Shown piece by piece: positions 23,876 through 36,700 of a DNA stretch of 64,000 bases (positions within the stretch are counted from its first letter, which is position 1; the number at the start of each line of letters is the position of its first letter). The position numbers and the translations under genes are program-made. The stretch is from the NCBI GenBank assembly GCA_951406725.2, contig OX597815.1:175088001-175152000 (forward strand). The letters run 5' to 3'. A model generated the notes under the pieces. That model was not told the origin of the DNA and made no database searches. It saw only the letters and a list, made by a program, of their open reading frames with translations. The DNA is from Octopus vulgaris (taxonomy: Eukaryota).

Positions 23876-24935
23876 ATATATATACATACATATATACGAT
23901 GGGCTTCTTTCAGTTTCCATCTACCAAATCCACTCACAAGGCTTTGGTTGGCCCGAGGCTATAGTAGAAGACACTTGCCCAAGGTGCCACACAGTGGGAC
24001 TGAACCCAGAACCATGTGGTTGGTAAACAAGCTACTTACCATACAGCCACTCCTGCGCCTAAGGAATTTTTTCTTCAAAAGTTTCAGTGAGGGCTCATTT
24101 CATAGATATGTATGTATGCATACATGCAACACTTCCAGTTTCTATTTGCCAAAACCACACAAGGCTATAGTAGAAGACACTTGTCCAAAGTGCCACACAG
24201 TGGGACTGAAACCAGGACTATGTAGTTGGGAAACAAGCTCCTTACCACACAGCCATGCTTGTGGCTATTCTTGACTCTCACACGGGATCTGCTAATAGCT
24301 TTGGTGATTTGATTTATGGTCATTCGCCTCTCATCCATCACGGTGAAGACAGTGTTTTCTTCAGTGATGGCAGTTGCAGGATGTCCAAGCTTTGGGTCAT
24401 TTTCAAGACCCTAACCCTTCCTCTCCTAAATTCAGGCATCCACTTTTGCATCCTTAATAAAGCTGAAGCATCATCCTTTAATGCAGCAAGTGTCAGCATG
24501 AATGTCCTTGGGGGCTAAACCCCTTTTTCTGCAGGTACTTGATAACACCACACTGGCAAATTTTGTCCCTTTTCAAGAGAAGTCACAACTTGTTACTTTT
24601 GAAGTCTTTCAACAGTCACGGAAAGAAACAGTGCAAATTATTAATAAGGGTTGGAATTAATGCATGCAAAATTTCACAGCTCTAACATGGCCAGCCTATG
24701 AGATTTTCAGCCTGTCCTCAGTATAATGTAACAATATTGGTTAAATAGACATGAGTAAGGTCAGCAAACTAAAATTGGCTGAAGCAGTGGAGAAATGGGT
24801 GTGTTAAGTTGATGGTTGACTGAGGAAAGGTAGATGCTGGTGAGAGTATGTCTCTTCAATGCTATCAGACATTAACCGAATCTAATTCTCTATTGATCTT
24901 TCACCATATTGAGATTGATTTCTATTTATTTTTAG

Positions 24936-25034
24936 GACTCTTCCATTGTGAAGCAGGGTAAAGTTATGCCAAAACTTATTTTTGCCATTGAAAACTATGA
25001 AAAATTCTTGGTCCAACTTGCAAAGAAATCCAAA
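24936..25034 (+). CDS. FANCI: FANCI exon ([33 protein letters not shown])
   Basis: tttag acceptor; AAA|gtaaga donor; conserved LIFAIExYEKFL motif. Confidence 0.95.
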
Positions 25035-25193
25035 GTAAGAAGTGTATTGTTTTTTTGTTTTTTTCCTTTTCTTATTCAACATCACTAAATTTCCTGATAA
25101 TTTTAAAAGTTGCTTTATTTATAAAGAAAGATCTCAAGATATTAGCACCCTGTTTTTATTTTTCTTTCCATTTCTGTTACAGTTATCCCTTAA

Positions 25194-25411
25194 CCCTTTC
25201 ATTACTGTATTTATTTTGAGATTCTGTTTTTCTCTCAATTATTTTAAATATAACAAAGAATTTAGTAAAATAACTTGGTTATCATTAAGCTAGTGTTAGG
25301 AACATTAATTGTGACTAAGGTTTGGTGAAAGATTTTAATTCAAAGCTTATGAAAACAAGACATTTGTACTCAGAGCCAGAGCCGGTTTCAGCCAGGTTAG
25401 TAACAAAAGGG
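25194..25411. mobile_element. piggyBac-type MITE (218 bp)
   Basis: TTAA on both sides; ends ccctttcattact / agtaacaaaaggg; second copy at 53795-54015. Confidence 0.85.
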
Positions 25412-25417
25412 TTAACT

Positions 25418-25595
25418 CAATGGCTCTCAAACCTTTTTCTTTCTATGAACCTGTTTGATTCCTATTTCATTCTACTGGACCCTCCATAACCATTTCATGT
25501 TTCTAAAGAAATTGTATTGTAGAAGTATAACAGTTATTGTACAGAATCTTTAGCAGCCAAATTCTTCTGTGGACGACCCCAGTTGAGACCTGCTG
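25418..25595. mobile_element. hAT-like MITE
   Basis: Ends caatggctctcaaac / gttgagacctgctg; degenerate 8-bp TSD ccttaact / ccttacat once the adjacent piggyBac MITE is removed. Confidence 0.5.
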
Positions 25596-27099
25596 CCTTA
25601 CATGCAGTCATCAAATGTCAAATTATGATTTACATTGAGTTTTAATGTGTTCTTATCAATGCAAGGTTGGTAAAGTTTCTGCGGAATGCAGTCCATTGAA
25701 ATAGAATGAATCATTTAATATCCAAACAATTGCATTATATACTTTTTTTTTCCAGTTTGTTTTTTAAAATCTGTCACAAGTAACCACACTGCAGTGTAAG
25801 TTAAGAACACAAAGTTATTAAAGTTCATTTTAAATATTATTACTACTAAGGTATTAAAATGACCTTTATGCACCTCTAACCTGTTCAAACCCATACTATA
25901 ACTGTCCGTTAACAATCAGTTGGTATATCCCTTGACTTGTCTGTCTTTCAATCCCTAATTTCTCAACTAGGGTCATAGGTCTTACAGACAATTGCAGTGC
26001 AAATCAAACTGAAATGTTTCCCAGACCAAGATTCATAAAAGTGTAATTCATTCTGTAAAGTGGAAGAAATCCAAAGTCTTACATTACTGTTCCCAACCAC
26101 CATCCTGCATTCCAATGATAATGGCATTTTCACGATTTCACTGTAACCCTGGTAGGGTGGTCAACAGGTGCTGTGCCTTACCAAAGGACAACCCGTGATT
26201 TTATCTGGCACTGCTTATTGAGTATTTGCAGCTATCTACAGGCCATCCCCCTAACCACAAACTGGGGACTCCATAGACGAGTGCTGTCATCACTACACCA
26301 TCATCATTTTGTCAGGCAAACTTGACACCAGGTGATCATAATGATGACCATGGCATTTTTAGTCCTTTATTAATATAGATTTTCATTTCATCTCTCTGCT
26401 CTTGAGATATATTTCAAGTACTCATGGAGATCGATTCCATCTCATCACTTATTGGTGATCAGTTTTAGTTTATATTGTGTATTTTAATGTTTTTATTTTT
26501 CATGTTTGTTTGTTTTTCCCCTCCATTTTCTCTTTACAAAATGTAAGAAATTTTAGGCTTTTTCCTCCTGATTGCTATATTCAAAAGTGTCTAAAGATAA
26601 TGGAATAATTTATGGAATTAAGAGAAGCTGTTGCTTTTCAGTTTATCAACAGAACTTTTCTGTTTTAAATAGTTTCCATTCACCCCTCCATCTTTCTTTT
26701 AAGCTTAATTCACAGTCAAGAACTGTTTTCAAAGTGGAAAGTAACAATGACATCGAAGCATATACACAACACACACACTTCCGTTCACAGTCTAAATCTG
26801 TGGCTGCAGCAGTTTCTGCCAGAGCAAGGGCAATATGTTAGTGTAACAGTGAGGTTGACAGGACCACAAATGAAAATAGATGAGTTTAGAAAGAGTGGAG
26901 GTAGCTAAAAGGGAAGCTAGGCATTAGGTTTATCTGGCTAGGGAAGAAGCAGAAAGGAAGAGGTTTGCCAATGTCTTACAGCATGAGGAAGATATCTGGT
27001 GGAGTAGAATACAGTTTAGTCACCCTATAGTCAGTCACTACAAGAGTGAGGGAGCTACCTTAGAAGCAATTACAGAGGCATCAAATTAAAAAGATTGTT

Positions 27100-27870
27100 G
27101 TAATGTGCCAGAAAATCCAAATGTGAAACTATCTACCTTAGGCAAAGGAACAGTCCTGAAAGTGGTAGACAAGTTTGTTTATGTGCACAGTACACTCACC
27201 TGTTCTTGACACTTAAATGGGGAAATACCTTTAAGGCTTCAGAAGACAAATGATTCCTTTGGGGCTCTCTTGAGTCTCAAGTCTGGTCCCAACATGGTAT
27301 CACAAGGCAAACAAAAGTTACTGTAGACCATCCACATGCTGATGTCACATTTTTACTAACGTGAGACATGGACCCTTTACAGGAATCATGCAAAGGTCTT
27401 TCCTGTAACTCAGAGATGTCTGAGTTGTATTCTAAATACTAGCTGGTCCTTGCAGACTCCAGACACAGAGGTCTTAAGGGAAGCTGATATGACAATGTCC
27501 AAGCATTGTTTACATTGGACTGGACATGTTCGGATGAAAGATCAAAAGATCCCTTTTAGCAGATGCTGCATGGTGAACTTGTTTGTGGAATGCACCTCTC
27601 AAGGAAACCAAGACTACAATTTAAGGATTATGTTAAGTCCATGTTAGAGGCATGTAAAATATGGGAGGACAATTGGGGAAGCAATGTTTGTCATTGCTGC
27701 CAAACAAGTAAAAGAAAGAGTAGGTATTTTCCAAAAAAAACAGATGTTTTTCCTGCAGAATTGAAACAAACTGCTCAGAAGCATTCAATGTAGTGAATGG
27801 GGAAAGCTTAGTCTGCAATATCTAGGGTCCAAGAGTTGGGCTTGTTAGTCACCAACAGTGTACTCAGACA
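27100..27870 (+). mobile_element. Decayed RTE/BovB-like LINE C-terminal fragment (second RTE family)
   Basis: VVDKFVY, ETWTLYRNH, DTEVL, LHWTGHVRM, MLHGEL...KPRLQFKD. Confidence 0.75.
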
Positions 27871-28428
27871 AATTTAATCCTTACACACGTGGCTCTATGT
27901 TCTTAATAGTCTTAGGCATATACACATACCCACTCATGATGAAAGCTGATCTTAAGATGCTGAACCCAACAAATGAGGTGATAAATGGCCACACCCAATG
28001 GTGATAGACTGTGCAGAAAGACATCTGCTTCATCAGGCAAGAAGGGCAGAAAGAACCCTAACAAATGGATTAAGGTGTTCTCACAGCTGCACTCCTTACC
28101 TCTCTTTCTCTTCTCTCCCACCCCACCATTTCATCTGTGTTCCTCCTATCACACTAGGTCCTTCTTACATACTCCATCCCTTACTGCTCTATTGTCTCTC
28201 TCCCTCACACCTAAACCCATTTGTTTCTTCTCGGTCTTGGAAGCCCTTTAGTCTTGCAAGTTGAAATCTTCACTAGTGATGGTGCCATGAAAGATCGTTA
28301 GATTTAATGAGAACAATATGACAATGAAAGAAACAAAAAGCATTTGGATGACAAGAACAAAAGATTCTGTGAAAGAGAAAAAAACTAGCAAAGTGGTAAA
28401 TGTTTTTTGTTTTTTGACACGTATACAG

Positions 28429-28575
28429 GTTAATCTCATGGAACACGTGAAGCCAAGTGTAGCCAGGGATTTCCGCATCAATGGAGCTGTAGTGCGTGCA
28501 GTTCTGCAAGAAATGAGTAACAGCGAAGATGACAGTGAAGATGATGAGAACAAAGTAAGCACAGCCAATAAGCAG
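28429..28575 (+). CDS. FANCI: FANCI exon ([49 protein letters not shown])
   Basis: tacag acceptor; VNLM...RDFRI motif; two in-frame donors (AAA|gtaagc after 28554, CAG|gtaaat after 28575), so the 3' end is ambiguous. Confidence 0.88.
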
Positions 28576-30131
28576 GTAAATAAAAGAACTTATGGTTTTG
28601 TGTTGAATTCAAAATGTTTTACATGGAAAACTTGTAGGAGGGATTTGGTATAATAGAATCGGTAGAGCATCTTGTCGAGACTGTTTTACATTCCTGAGTT
28701 CAAATTGCTTCTGGGTTTTCTTTGCTTTTCTCATCCTTTCAATACTTCAGATGGCTTTTGTCCCCCGTCTGGCTTTGATTAGAGTACCAAGGTTGATGCT
28801 TTCAACAAATCTGCACCCCAGTAAAATTGTTGAGCTTCTGCCCAAATCAGAAACCCTTATCATAGGCTTTTGCCAGTGTTATCAAAATTATCCTAATAAA
28901 TATCAAAGTGATTGTTTCAAAGCTATGTCTGGCCGACAGAAATCGGCAGGATCCACACAATGTAGCTTCCTGTCTGTGAAGCTTAACACTATTCTTCCAA
29001 AGTTACTTCAATTGCTGGAGCAGGAAATTGTTTATTTAAGACCCAGGTTATTCATTATTGAACGAAACCTATGATAAAAGCTCTTCTAGCCATGATCCTG
29101 CAGTCCTACTTCAGACATTCTATAGCTTATAGGTATTAAGCTCAACAAGCTGTCTGATTTAATACTACCAGTTGACCAAGGGCTATGTATTGTGGAGGTT
29201 CCAGCTATTCTCTTTCCCACTGTTTATAGCAAGTGAAACGAGATAGTAATACCTATCACTAGATATTCCAAAGGTTTACAATCATAGGAGGATGTTATAA
29301 CTTCTGTTTCAGAATTCCCTCCAATGTCAAACATCCAGGATTGATGTAGACATTACAATTCTCAGCATTTCCCTCTTTAACACCAGAGAATTCCCTTACC
29401 TCCTTCTCACCGACACACCAGTTCTCTCCAAGATCTCCTCTTCTCCTATATGTTTAGTGTATATTTGCTAGCCAGGCTACAATCTGCAATGACAGTACCA
29501 GGACATATAGACATTCTACTCTCGCCTGAATATCAGCCACAAATACTTTGTGCTAGCCCAAAGTCTCCTTCTCTAATCTTGTAATGAGTATTGCATGCCA
29601 CATCTTTTTAATCTTCACAACTCTTCTTGGTTTCCACACACCAAAAATGTTTTTCAGTTGTTAACTCTCAGCAGTAATTAGTACCACTAATCACTACTAA
29701 ACTCAGTCTCTCCCAGTTACTGTCTCACTAGACAACACACCAAAGATGCCCACCTCTCCAGACTCTTCATAAACAGCAAACTGCCTTTTAGCTCTCTGCC
29801 AGTTTTGTTAAATACCTCTGATCCATCATGGACAAGTCTTAACACATCCCTCATACAACACAATCAGTAATTCATGAAAGATTCAGACTCAAAACAAATT
29901 CAAAATCCCGTTCTTCTATCTCCCACTTGATTTCCCCAACCCAACAGAATTACCCACAAAACGCTTCTCACCTTTCCACTAGTCTTACCAGTATGTATAC
30001 CTAAGTTGGGTAGCAGCATATGGATAAAGTATTTAGCTTTTTACCTTTTGATAGTTCCATTTCGATAAAGAGTGTTGTTACAAAAGAACTTCTTTGCCAA
30101 ATCGTAAAACCTTTCTGTTTTAATTATTCAG

Positions 30132-30191
30132 GTCGAAAATGTTGGATCTTCAAAAAGTGATGAACCTCCATCAAAGAAAGCACGTAGTTGA
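30132..30191 (+). CDS. FANCI: FANCI terminal coding exon (VENVGSSKSDEPPSKKARS*)
   Basis: ttcag acceptor, phase 0; basic NLS-like end (human EPAKKKRKK*); AATAAA 44 nt after the stop. Confidence 0.82.
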   Translation, partial: VENVGSSKSDEPPSKKARS

Positions 30192-30234
30192 AATACCTGT
30201 TTGGCTGTTTGGGTTTATGTTTAATTTTTTAAAT

Positions 30235-30240
30235 AATAAA
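30235..30240 (+). terminator. Candidate FANCI polyadenylation signal AATAAA (second candidate 30522-30527)
   Basis: Canonical hexamer after the stop, followed by T/GT-rich tttgtttgttttt. Confidence 0.5.
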
Positions 30241-30718
30241 TTCAGATTATTTTCAAACTTTTGTTTGTTTTTAAGTTACAACTGGCTGGAAAACCCAATG
30301 GCAGTCCTCTTTTCTAAGAGTATGCTAAACATAAAAGTCCAGCCTGGTTCAATGCCTACATTATTACAGGTGACATTTTGTTATAACATTTCCATAGAAT
30401 GAAATTTCAATTCTCAACCCTCTTGAAACAAGATGAACTTTGTTACAAAAGTACCAGTCAGTTATTGTATTTTTAGATTTTCCTGTTAGTCACTGCTATG
30501 GTCTTGGGTATATCCAGGACCAATAAAGATACTAGTTCTAAAATCTCACTCAGGCTCAGCTAGCAGTTTAATTTGTTGAGGTCTGTATAATGGGAAAAAT
30601 TGGTTTCCTTTATTAACTGAACGTTTAACTTAGTTGTTCAAGAGGTGCAGGCAATTTGGTTAGAACAGAATTCCATTTGGAGAGTGCTGTTGGTATCAGA
30701 AAAAGATACAAATACAAA

Positions 30719-30740
30719 TTTATTTGAAAGATGTTTTATT
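30719..30740 (-). terminator. Candidate distal polyadenylation signals of the TDRD1-like gene
   Basis: AATAAA on - at 30735-30740 and 30719-30724, followed on - by TTTGTATTTGTATCTTTT; other hexamers lie further upstream. Confidence 0.35.
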
Positions 30741-33700
30741 TTCAAATTCTAACATTTGTTACAAATAGCTGCACCAGCAAATATTTTAAGCAAAAATAAT
30801 CCATTTGTACTGAAAAAGTCACACACACTTCAAAGAAAGCAATAAAAAAACTAGTCACTGGGTCCTATGAATAACAAAATTAAATCACTAAGAATATCCA
30901 TCCAATTTTGACCTTACTAGATGCTTGGTTAGTCAACCAAAATTGTTAGCTTTTCTCAACAGCCCCTTAATATTGGAAAGGTTTCCCCTGGGAAATTTCC
31001 TCGTGAATGAACTTAGACAAGTAAATTTCCCTAAGTTTCCGTTTTGGAAACTTGAACTGAGTAGGCCCACAATTAAAAATGTAGTCCTGTTGTGATCACC
31101 CCATGTTTTTTGTTAAGGCTATCTTGGATTATATTATCTAAGATGGTCAAGTGTGAATTTGGGGGAAATTTTGCTGTTATTTTTAGCTAGTCAATCAGCT
31201 GAGTTGAGGATCCTTCATTGGATTGTATGTTAGTGTCACTACAAGACAATTTGAGTTGGTCTAAAAAGGAAGATGGAATTTTAGAAGAACTCAGGCTGTA
31301 AAAGAAGAGGGAAAGATTCTCACAAGCAAGCCTAAAATTTCAGTAAAAATCTTTCCCAAAGCCATAAAAATCACGGCATTTAGTCTCAAGCTGCTGTGAC
31401 ATGACATAAACAGCAAAAAACTGCATTAAGATCTTTGTAAGGCAGTAATAAAAAATAAAACCACCTTGATTTACACAGCATGGTGCGTGTTTTGTGACAC
31501 CAACTCAATTTTGAACTTGTAAAGAGAATATGCTGCTTTTCATGAGTTATTTGGAATTGATCATTTATTTCAAGAAAGTTTATATTTATTAATTTCCATT
31601 TTGTTTTAAAAACACTGCAAATAAATGTTATAAAACCACAGCATAAAATGCTGCACAACCAAGGTAATTTTGCTAAAATATATAAACTTTTTTTGTCTTC
31701 TTTTTGACACTTGGATAACACTTTAATAATTATTTGTAGTAAACAAAGAAAGTTGTATTTTATTTCTAAAGAGATTTCAACCATGTCACAAGATAAACAA
31801 CTATCACAACTTGAGGTCATTCAGACAAGTTGAGTCAGTAAGAAACAGCAACTCAACTGAGGCATTTAATGAGAGCAATTAGCAACATTTTTTTGTGCAG
31901 TCAAAAGATCTACAAGAAAGGAGTTAGTCATTAGAAGAGCAGCCAACAATTAGGTGACAGAAAATCCAACATTTCTTAAAACTGTCATGATGGGCTGTGT
32001 AGAGGGAACTGAAGAACTCACCGAACCTAAGATTTTCAAGACCAAAAGAAAAAAATCCAAAAAGCAAAGATTGAATTGTTCAGAACACAGATGGAAGTCT
32101 GTGACTGTGGTCAGATGAGAAAAAATTGGTTTGGCATGATTTGCACAAAGTGACGGAAATGGTTTGTCCAGCTTTTAGACCATTTAGAAAACCATTTCCA
32201 CGCAGCTTAATGCTGGCAAGTATTTGTCTTTTCTGATACCTTGCTTCCATAAGGTGAAAGAATTGTTGGGGCCAACAATGCTCCAATCTATCGCATACAA
32301 AGTGAAACTGATTTGAAGGGCCTTAACATTAAAGTTATGTTCTCCTGGCCTCAATTCAATCAAAAAATACCTGTGTGGTGGCCTTCATTTTGCCCAAGAA
32401 ATGAAAAAGTCTATATAAGATGTATAGACTTCCTTAGATGAGGCCTCTACAGTGTAAAATGGGAGAGACTTTGTCAGCACATGGTTTTTGTGGTTCTCCT
32501 GAGAGGTGATACAACTTTCTTTGATATTAAATGATCTTACAATTTTGAAACATTTATTTTCAGTATTTTTCAAAACTTTCTGAACAGAAACATTTCTCAT
32601 AATAAAGTGCCAGATCAGTTCCATAAATTTAACTAGTCTTATAAAACATGCCAGGACAAAGTTCATCCAATTCGCAGTGAAACAAAAACAGATTTTTGCT
32701 GGCATCAAAAATATGCTTGGAATTGTTTAATTGTTCTGAAATCAGTGAACATTAAGGGAAGGTCTCAATAGAACCTTCCAGCTGAACTGGACTTGGTAAA
32801 GCTCGCAAAAATCTAATTTTTGCAAGCAATTTTCCACCTTCAAATTTGTGTCAAGATATACAATGACTGTGCGTCACTGTGCAGCAATGAGGACCAAAAG
32901 AATCAAAGGATTTTCCTTTCTAAAAAGTCCCGTTTAAAATATTCTCTTCCCCCACCACACACATAGATAAAAGATCTTTCATAGCTATAAAGAAAAGCAA
33001 GTTAGAATTCTCCCCATTTTTCAGCTTCGTGAAAATGAAAGAAAAATTTTCCCCAAAGAGGAACCAGAGAAATATTCATAGCAAGGTCAGCTAACTTGAC
33101 CAATCACTGCTACTACTCTGTGAATGTTTAACTATAAGAAAGAACTCCAGACATTTTGTAATGCATGTAGAGTAATCCAGATAACATCTAGGAAAAAATT
33201 TTATAAACACACTTGCATCTCTTGGAACCAGCTCAATCGCTTTAGAAAAGCCAAGATTTTCTTTGTCAACTGGCCAAACCAAAGCATCTGCTCAGAGCCT
33301 TGTGGTTGCACTAATTTACTGCTGCCAGAAGATTTTTAGGTGTTTTAACAATAAATTCCTCAGAAGGCGCTAACAGTGCACCAATGAAACCACTCAGAAA
33401 TTAAAAGGTTTTTGTGGACAAGGAAAAACTGACATTGCACCACTAAAAACCTCCAGAGTTCAGCCATTGATGAAAATCTCAAATGCTTTCCCCAGAATGT
33501 CTGGAATCAGGAAATTATAAAAGATAGGTTGCTTTTAACATTACTGATGTTATATTATTATTATTATTAGTGGAAATACAATTTGCATTAAGTAGAATAA
33601 GAAGTCATGAACAGTTTGTTCCTGTTGACAAAAATCAATTTTGCAAAAAATAGAGATAATTGTAAAATGTAACTACATTCCAATTTTTAAAAAATAAAAA

Positions 33701-36700
33701 AAGCAGCAGACAAGCAAACTGGTAACTCAGAATTTGATAAACATTTTCTGTGACACAAAATCCAATTTTTTTTCAAATGGACTTGGGTAAGGAAAGTGAA
33801 TGATTTCAGCAATACATACACACACCAGCTGCAGTGATGGCCTATTGCTCTAGAAAAAACACTACAGTTCAATGAAGTGATATTGTTTAAATGTATGGCT
33901 GCAGTCTACCTTGAGAGAAACCTCACTGAAAGGTTGCAATGGCTGATGTGTTTTCTCCATATCAGAACAAGTTGCCTCAGCTGCAGGTAGCAGAAAAGGA
34001 ATTCAGCCTCACCTGAACATATTAAGAAGCTTATCCAAACAGAATGATTAAAATCTAATATTTTTGCATAAACTTTTAATGTCATAGATAAAGCACTGAT
34101 GAACGAGCAATTGATACAACACCTGCACTTTCCATAAACAGTGCAAGCAACTGTAACTATGTGGTGGCTGCTGCCAGCATCATTCCAATTCCTTTGCAGC
34201 ATTCGTCACATTAAAAGAACTAAGTTTTGGACAATTCTCTCCTCCAAATAAATTTAGAAATGAAATATTTGTGGGATTCATACTTTTCTCACCGGGACAA
34301 GAAATTAATGATCCAAAGTTAACTTGGTCTAAAACAAGTAGCAAACTTTGCTTACCACAGAATTCGAGACTTTCTCTTGGAACAAAGTTGTTAGGTTCAT
34401 GTGAACTGAGACGACAAGAACAACTGAAGATCAAAACGTGAAACTTGTTTTGTCAGGGGATCACTTTCTATTCTTTGTCAAGAAAAATAGCAAAGTTTTC
34501 CTTTTTTTCAACCAGTAACATGATACATGTCTTTCAAAATGGCTCGAGTAAATGGAGAAATATCTTCTATCAAAAATAAGATAAAGAAAAACACCAGAAT
34601 CCAGGATAGTTTTAGTGTACAGCATACAGAGTGAAGAACACTGTCTTGGAAAATAGAAAATCTGACTAAGAATTAGAAAGAAACTTCAACCGGAAATTAA
34701 TATTAGCCCTGGGGTCAGCTTTATTCAGTTTCTTTCCAGTTTGCAAGCACCTTCTTCTAAAGTTGCTCTTTAAACAGATAAAAAAAAAAATTCATACTAA
34801 ATAATTAACCCCACTAATATACAATCCTCCAATCTCAATGTAATATTGAAACAAAATGAACATTTTATGTGACATCACTGATATTTGTGATGATCTTTAA
34901 GACCTAATTAAAAAATATTTAATTATTTACTTTCAATGGACAGTGTTAATGACTGAGAATAACATGGAAATTATCAGAAAACTTATCAGATGCAATGATG
35001 AAATTTGAAACTCATGCCCAGGACATAATCCTTTAGTTGCAAAAGAATTGTTACTAAAATACATTATGCTGTGTAAATTGAACGGTTTTAGCCACAAATC
35101 TGCTAATGCCCCAGAGCATCAAAAGCTTTTTTAGGCAGCAGAATAATTCAGTGAAGTTCTCTCATTACACCAGAAAAGTTTTGCTGAAGAAAATAAAACT
35201 ACATTTAAAATGAAACCAGCTTCTACTTGACAACAGAGTAAATTTTTACCACAAAACCTTTTAAATCACTCCTCAATCTGACCTTAATATTCTAACTGAA
35301 CTTTTAAAACTGTGTCTGGGTTATATCAAACCTTAACCTGACTTCAAAAAGAAATCTTTAGTGTTTACTGTTGCCCAATAAATGAGCAGCATCAAACATA
35401 ATGTTGACTATTTCAACAATCTTTAGTTTTGCCCATCAACTATCACTTATAGACTTAACCGCAACCAGTTACTGTACGTGTCATACATTTAACAGGTGGA
35501 CAGTAAAAACAAAGTTGATGAATGCATTTTGAAAACCATTCCAGCCAGACACTACTTTTGCATTTCCCTTCTCACCTGTTTTTTGGCATTTTTATCTCTA
35601 CAAATGTTTTAAAGGAATATGCAATATGTTTATCCAAAAACTACAGTGAGTTGGTGACAGCACAGCCACTCATTAAATATGCAATCTTTAATATAACAGT
35701 TATACAAACTCCTAACAAAGTGAATAAACAGCTAAAAGCTGTGGAAAATATCCAGGACATTGGTAATCCGAGAGAAACTGGATGTGACCATTTAATTATC
35801 TTATCAGGTCTTCGTATTAAAATTTTGTTTAATTTTCCTCACTTCACTAGATTGCTGATTTATGCCTGTATTGTGATATCAAGTAGCCTTACATACCCAA
35901 ATGCAGTTGTCAAAAGGAAAATATATAACTGTTTGAGTCTATTTCCTATGACACATTAGGTTATTCAAACTCTAGCATCATTCCCATAATGCAATGCACC
36001 CAGGCAGACAAGTTGACCTGGTTGTGCCATTCCTCTGTTTAACATTCACGCCAGACAACATTTGAATTGATGAAATGTTTGTCAACCATACAATATTGTC
36101 GCCGTTAACATTAATGATTTTACATTTGAACTACAAACGTTAAAACAGCAAAATGCTGGTGATGCCAGAGAAAATGAGAAAATGCACTGAGTCAGCTTTC
36201 CATTTGCTTTCCCTTTTTTTTTTTTTTGATAAAAAAAAAGGAAAACAGTAAGAGTTTGATAAAGCCACTTAGAAAAATCATGGCAAAAACCAAGTTATCT
36301 TAACTGAAGAATTATTTGGTATATTTAGTAAATTTTTTAAAATGGTGTATTCAATAAAGAGCATTTTATGCACATGCATGTTTATAATTGTAAGGTTTAG
36401 TATGATTGCACTAAATCTTGACCATATTAAAGATATATATTACCTATGGTCAACAAAATTCATACCAGATTTGAACTGTGGATGCACTAAATAATCAGCC
36501 ACCATTCACTACAACTGCACTGAATTATCATAGTGTGAACAGAAATTTCAATGTTACGAAGGCCCCGTGAGTTGGGCTTCAACAAGATTCCGATATTAAA
36601 TGAATCCTAAATCACATAATTGCACCAAGTTTAAATTTGATAGTTACTTTAGATGTGCTTGTAGAAAATAAACTACCTGAGCCTGTACTGAGCTACAAAT

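Larger units (their letters stand above)
22850..24060 (-). mobile_element. tRNA-derived CORE-type SINE interrupted in its internal (AT)n tract
   Basis: On -: A-box-like TGGCTGTATGG, B-box-like GGTTCAGTCCC, CORE-like CCTTGGGCAAGTG; head 23876-24060, tail 22850-23087. Confidence 0.8.
19174..24265 (-). mobile_element. tRNA-derived CORE-type SINE, split (tail 19174-19380, head 24100-24265)
   Basis: Same family as 22850-24060 and 60103-60440; flanked by TATTCTT duplication (19167-19173, 24266-24272). Confidence 0.75.
18620..24723 (-). mobile_element. Mariner transposon split in two (18620-19173 and 24266-24723) by nested insertions
   Basis: TIRs tatgagggtcagctaaaaagttcattggctg / cagcctatgagattttcagcctgtcctcagta; HTH remnant VIKYLQKKG...DIHAD...QKWMPEFRRG on the right; NILHNEVGIMKISAQWMPCLLTPDQK (WVPxxL) and the C-terminus on the left. 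Confidence 0.85.
1320..30191 (+). other. FANCI: FANCI gene, 3' part (8 coding exons; 5' part left of the window)
   Basis: Spliced translation follows the FANCI C-terminus: LHSKLGDIDKEYEVEE...FHELVQTSIP...YLQVY...EKLVKLIGTQLTP...[40 protein letters not shown]...PPSKKARS*. Human as recalled: [65 protein letters not shown]. All introns GT-AG with matching phases. Confidence 0.96.

Noticed and set aside
23985-24060. tRNA-like A/B boxes
   Set aside because: They are SINE heads that run into the SINE body; no full cloverleaf seen.
31386-35959. 144-aa and 145-aa ORFs in the gap between the genes
   Set aside because: No recognisable domain or splice structure; composition typical of AT-rich non-coding DNA.
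36559-36580. Small GC-rich hairpin aaggccccgtgagttgggcttc in the putative 3' UTR
   Set aside because: Short bulged stem expected by chance; no second copy or known motif.
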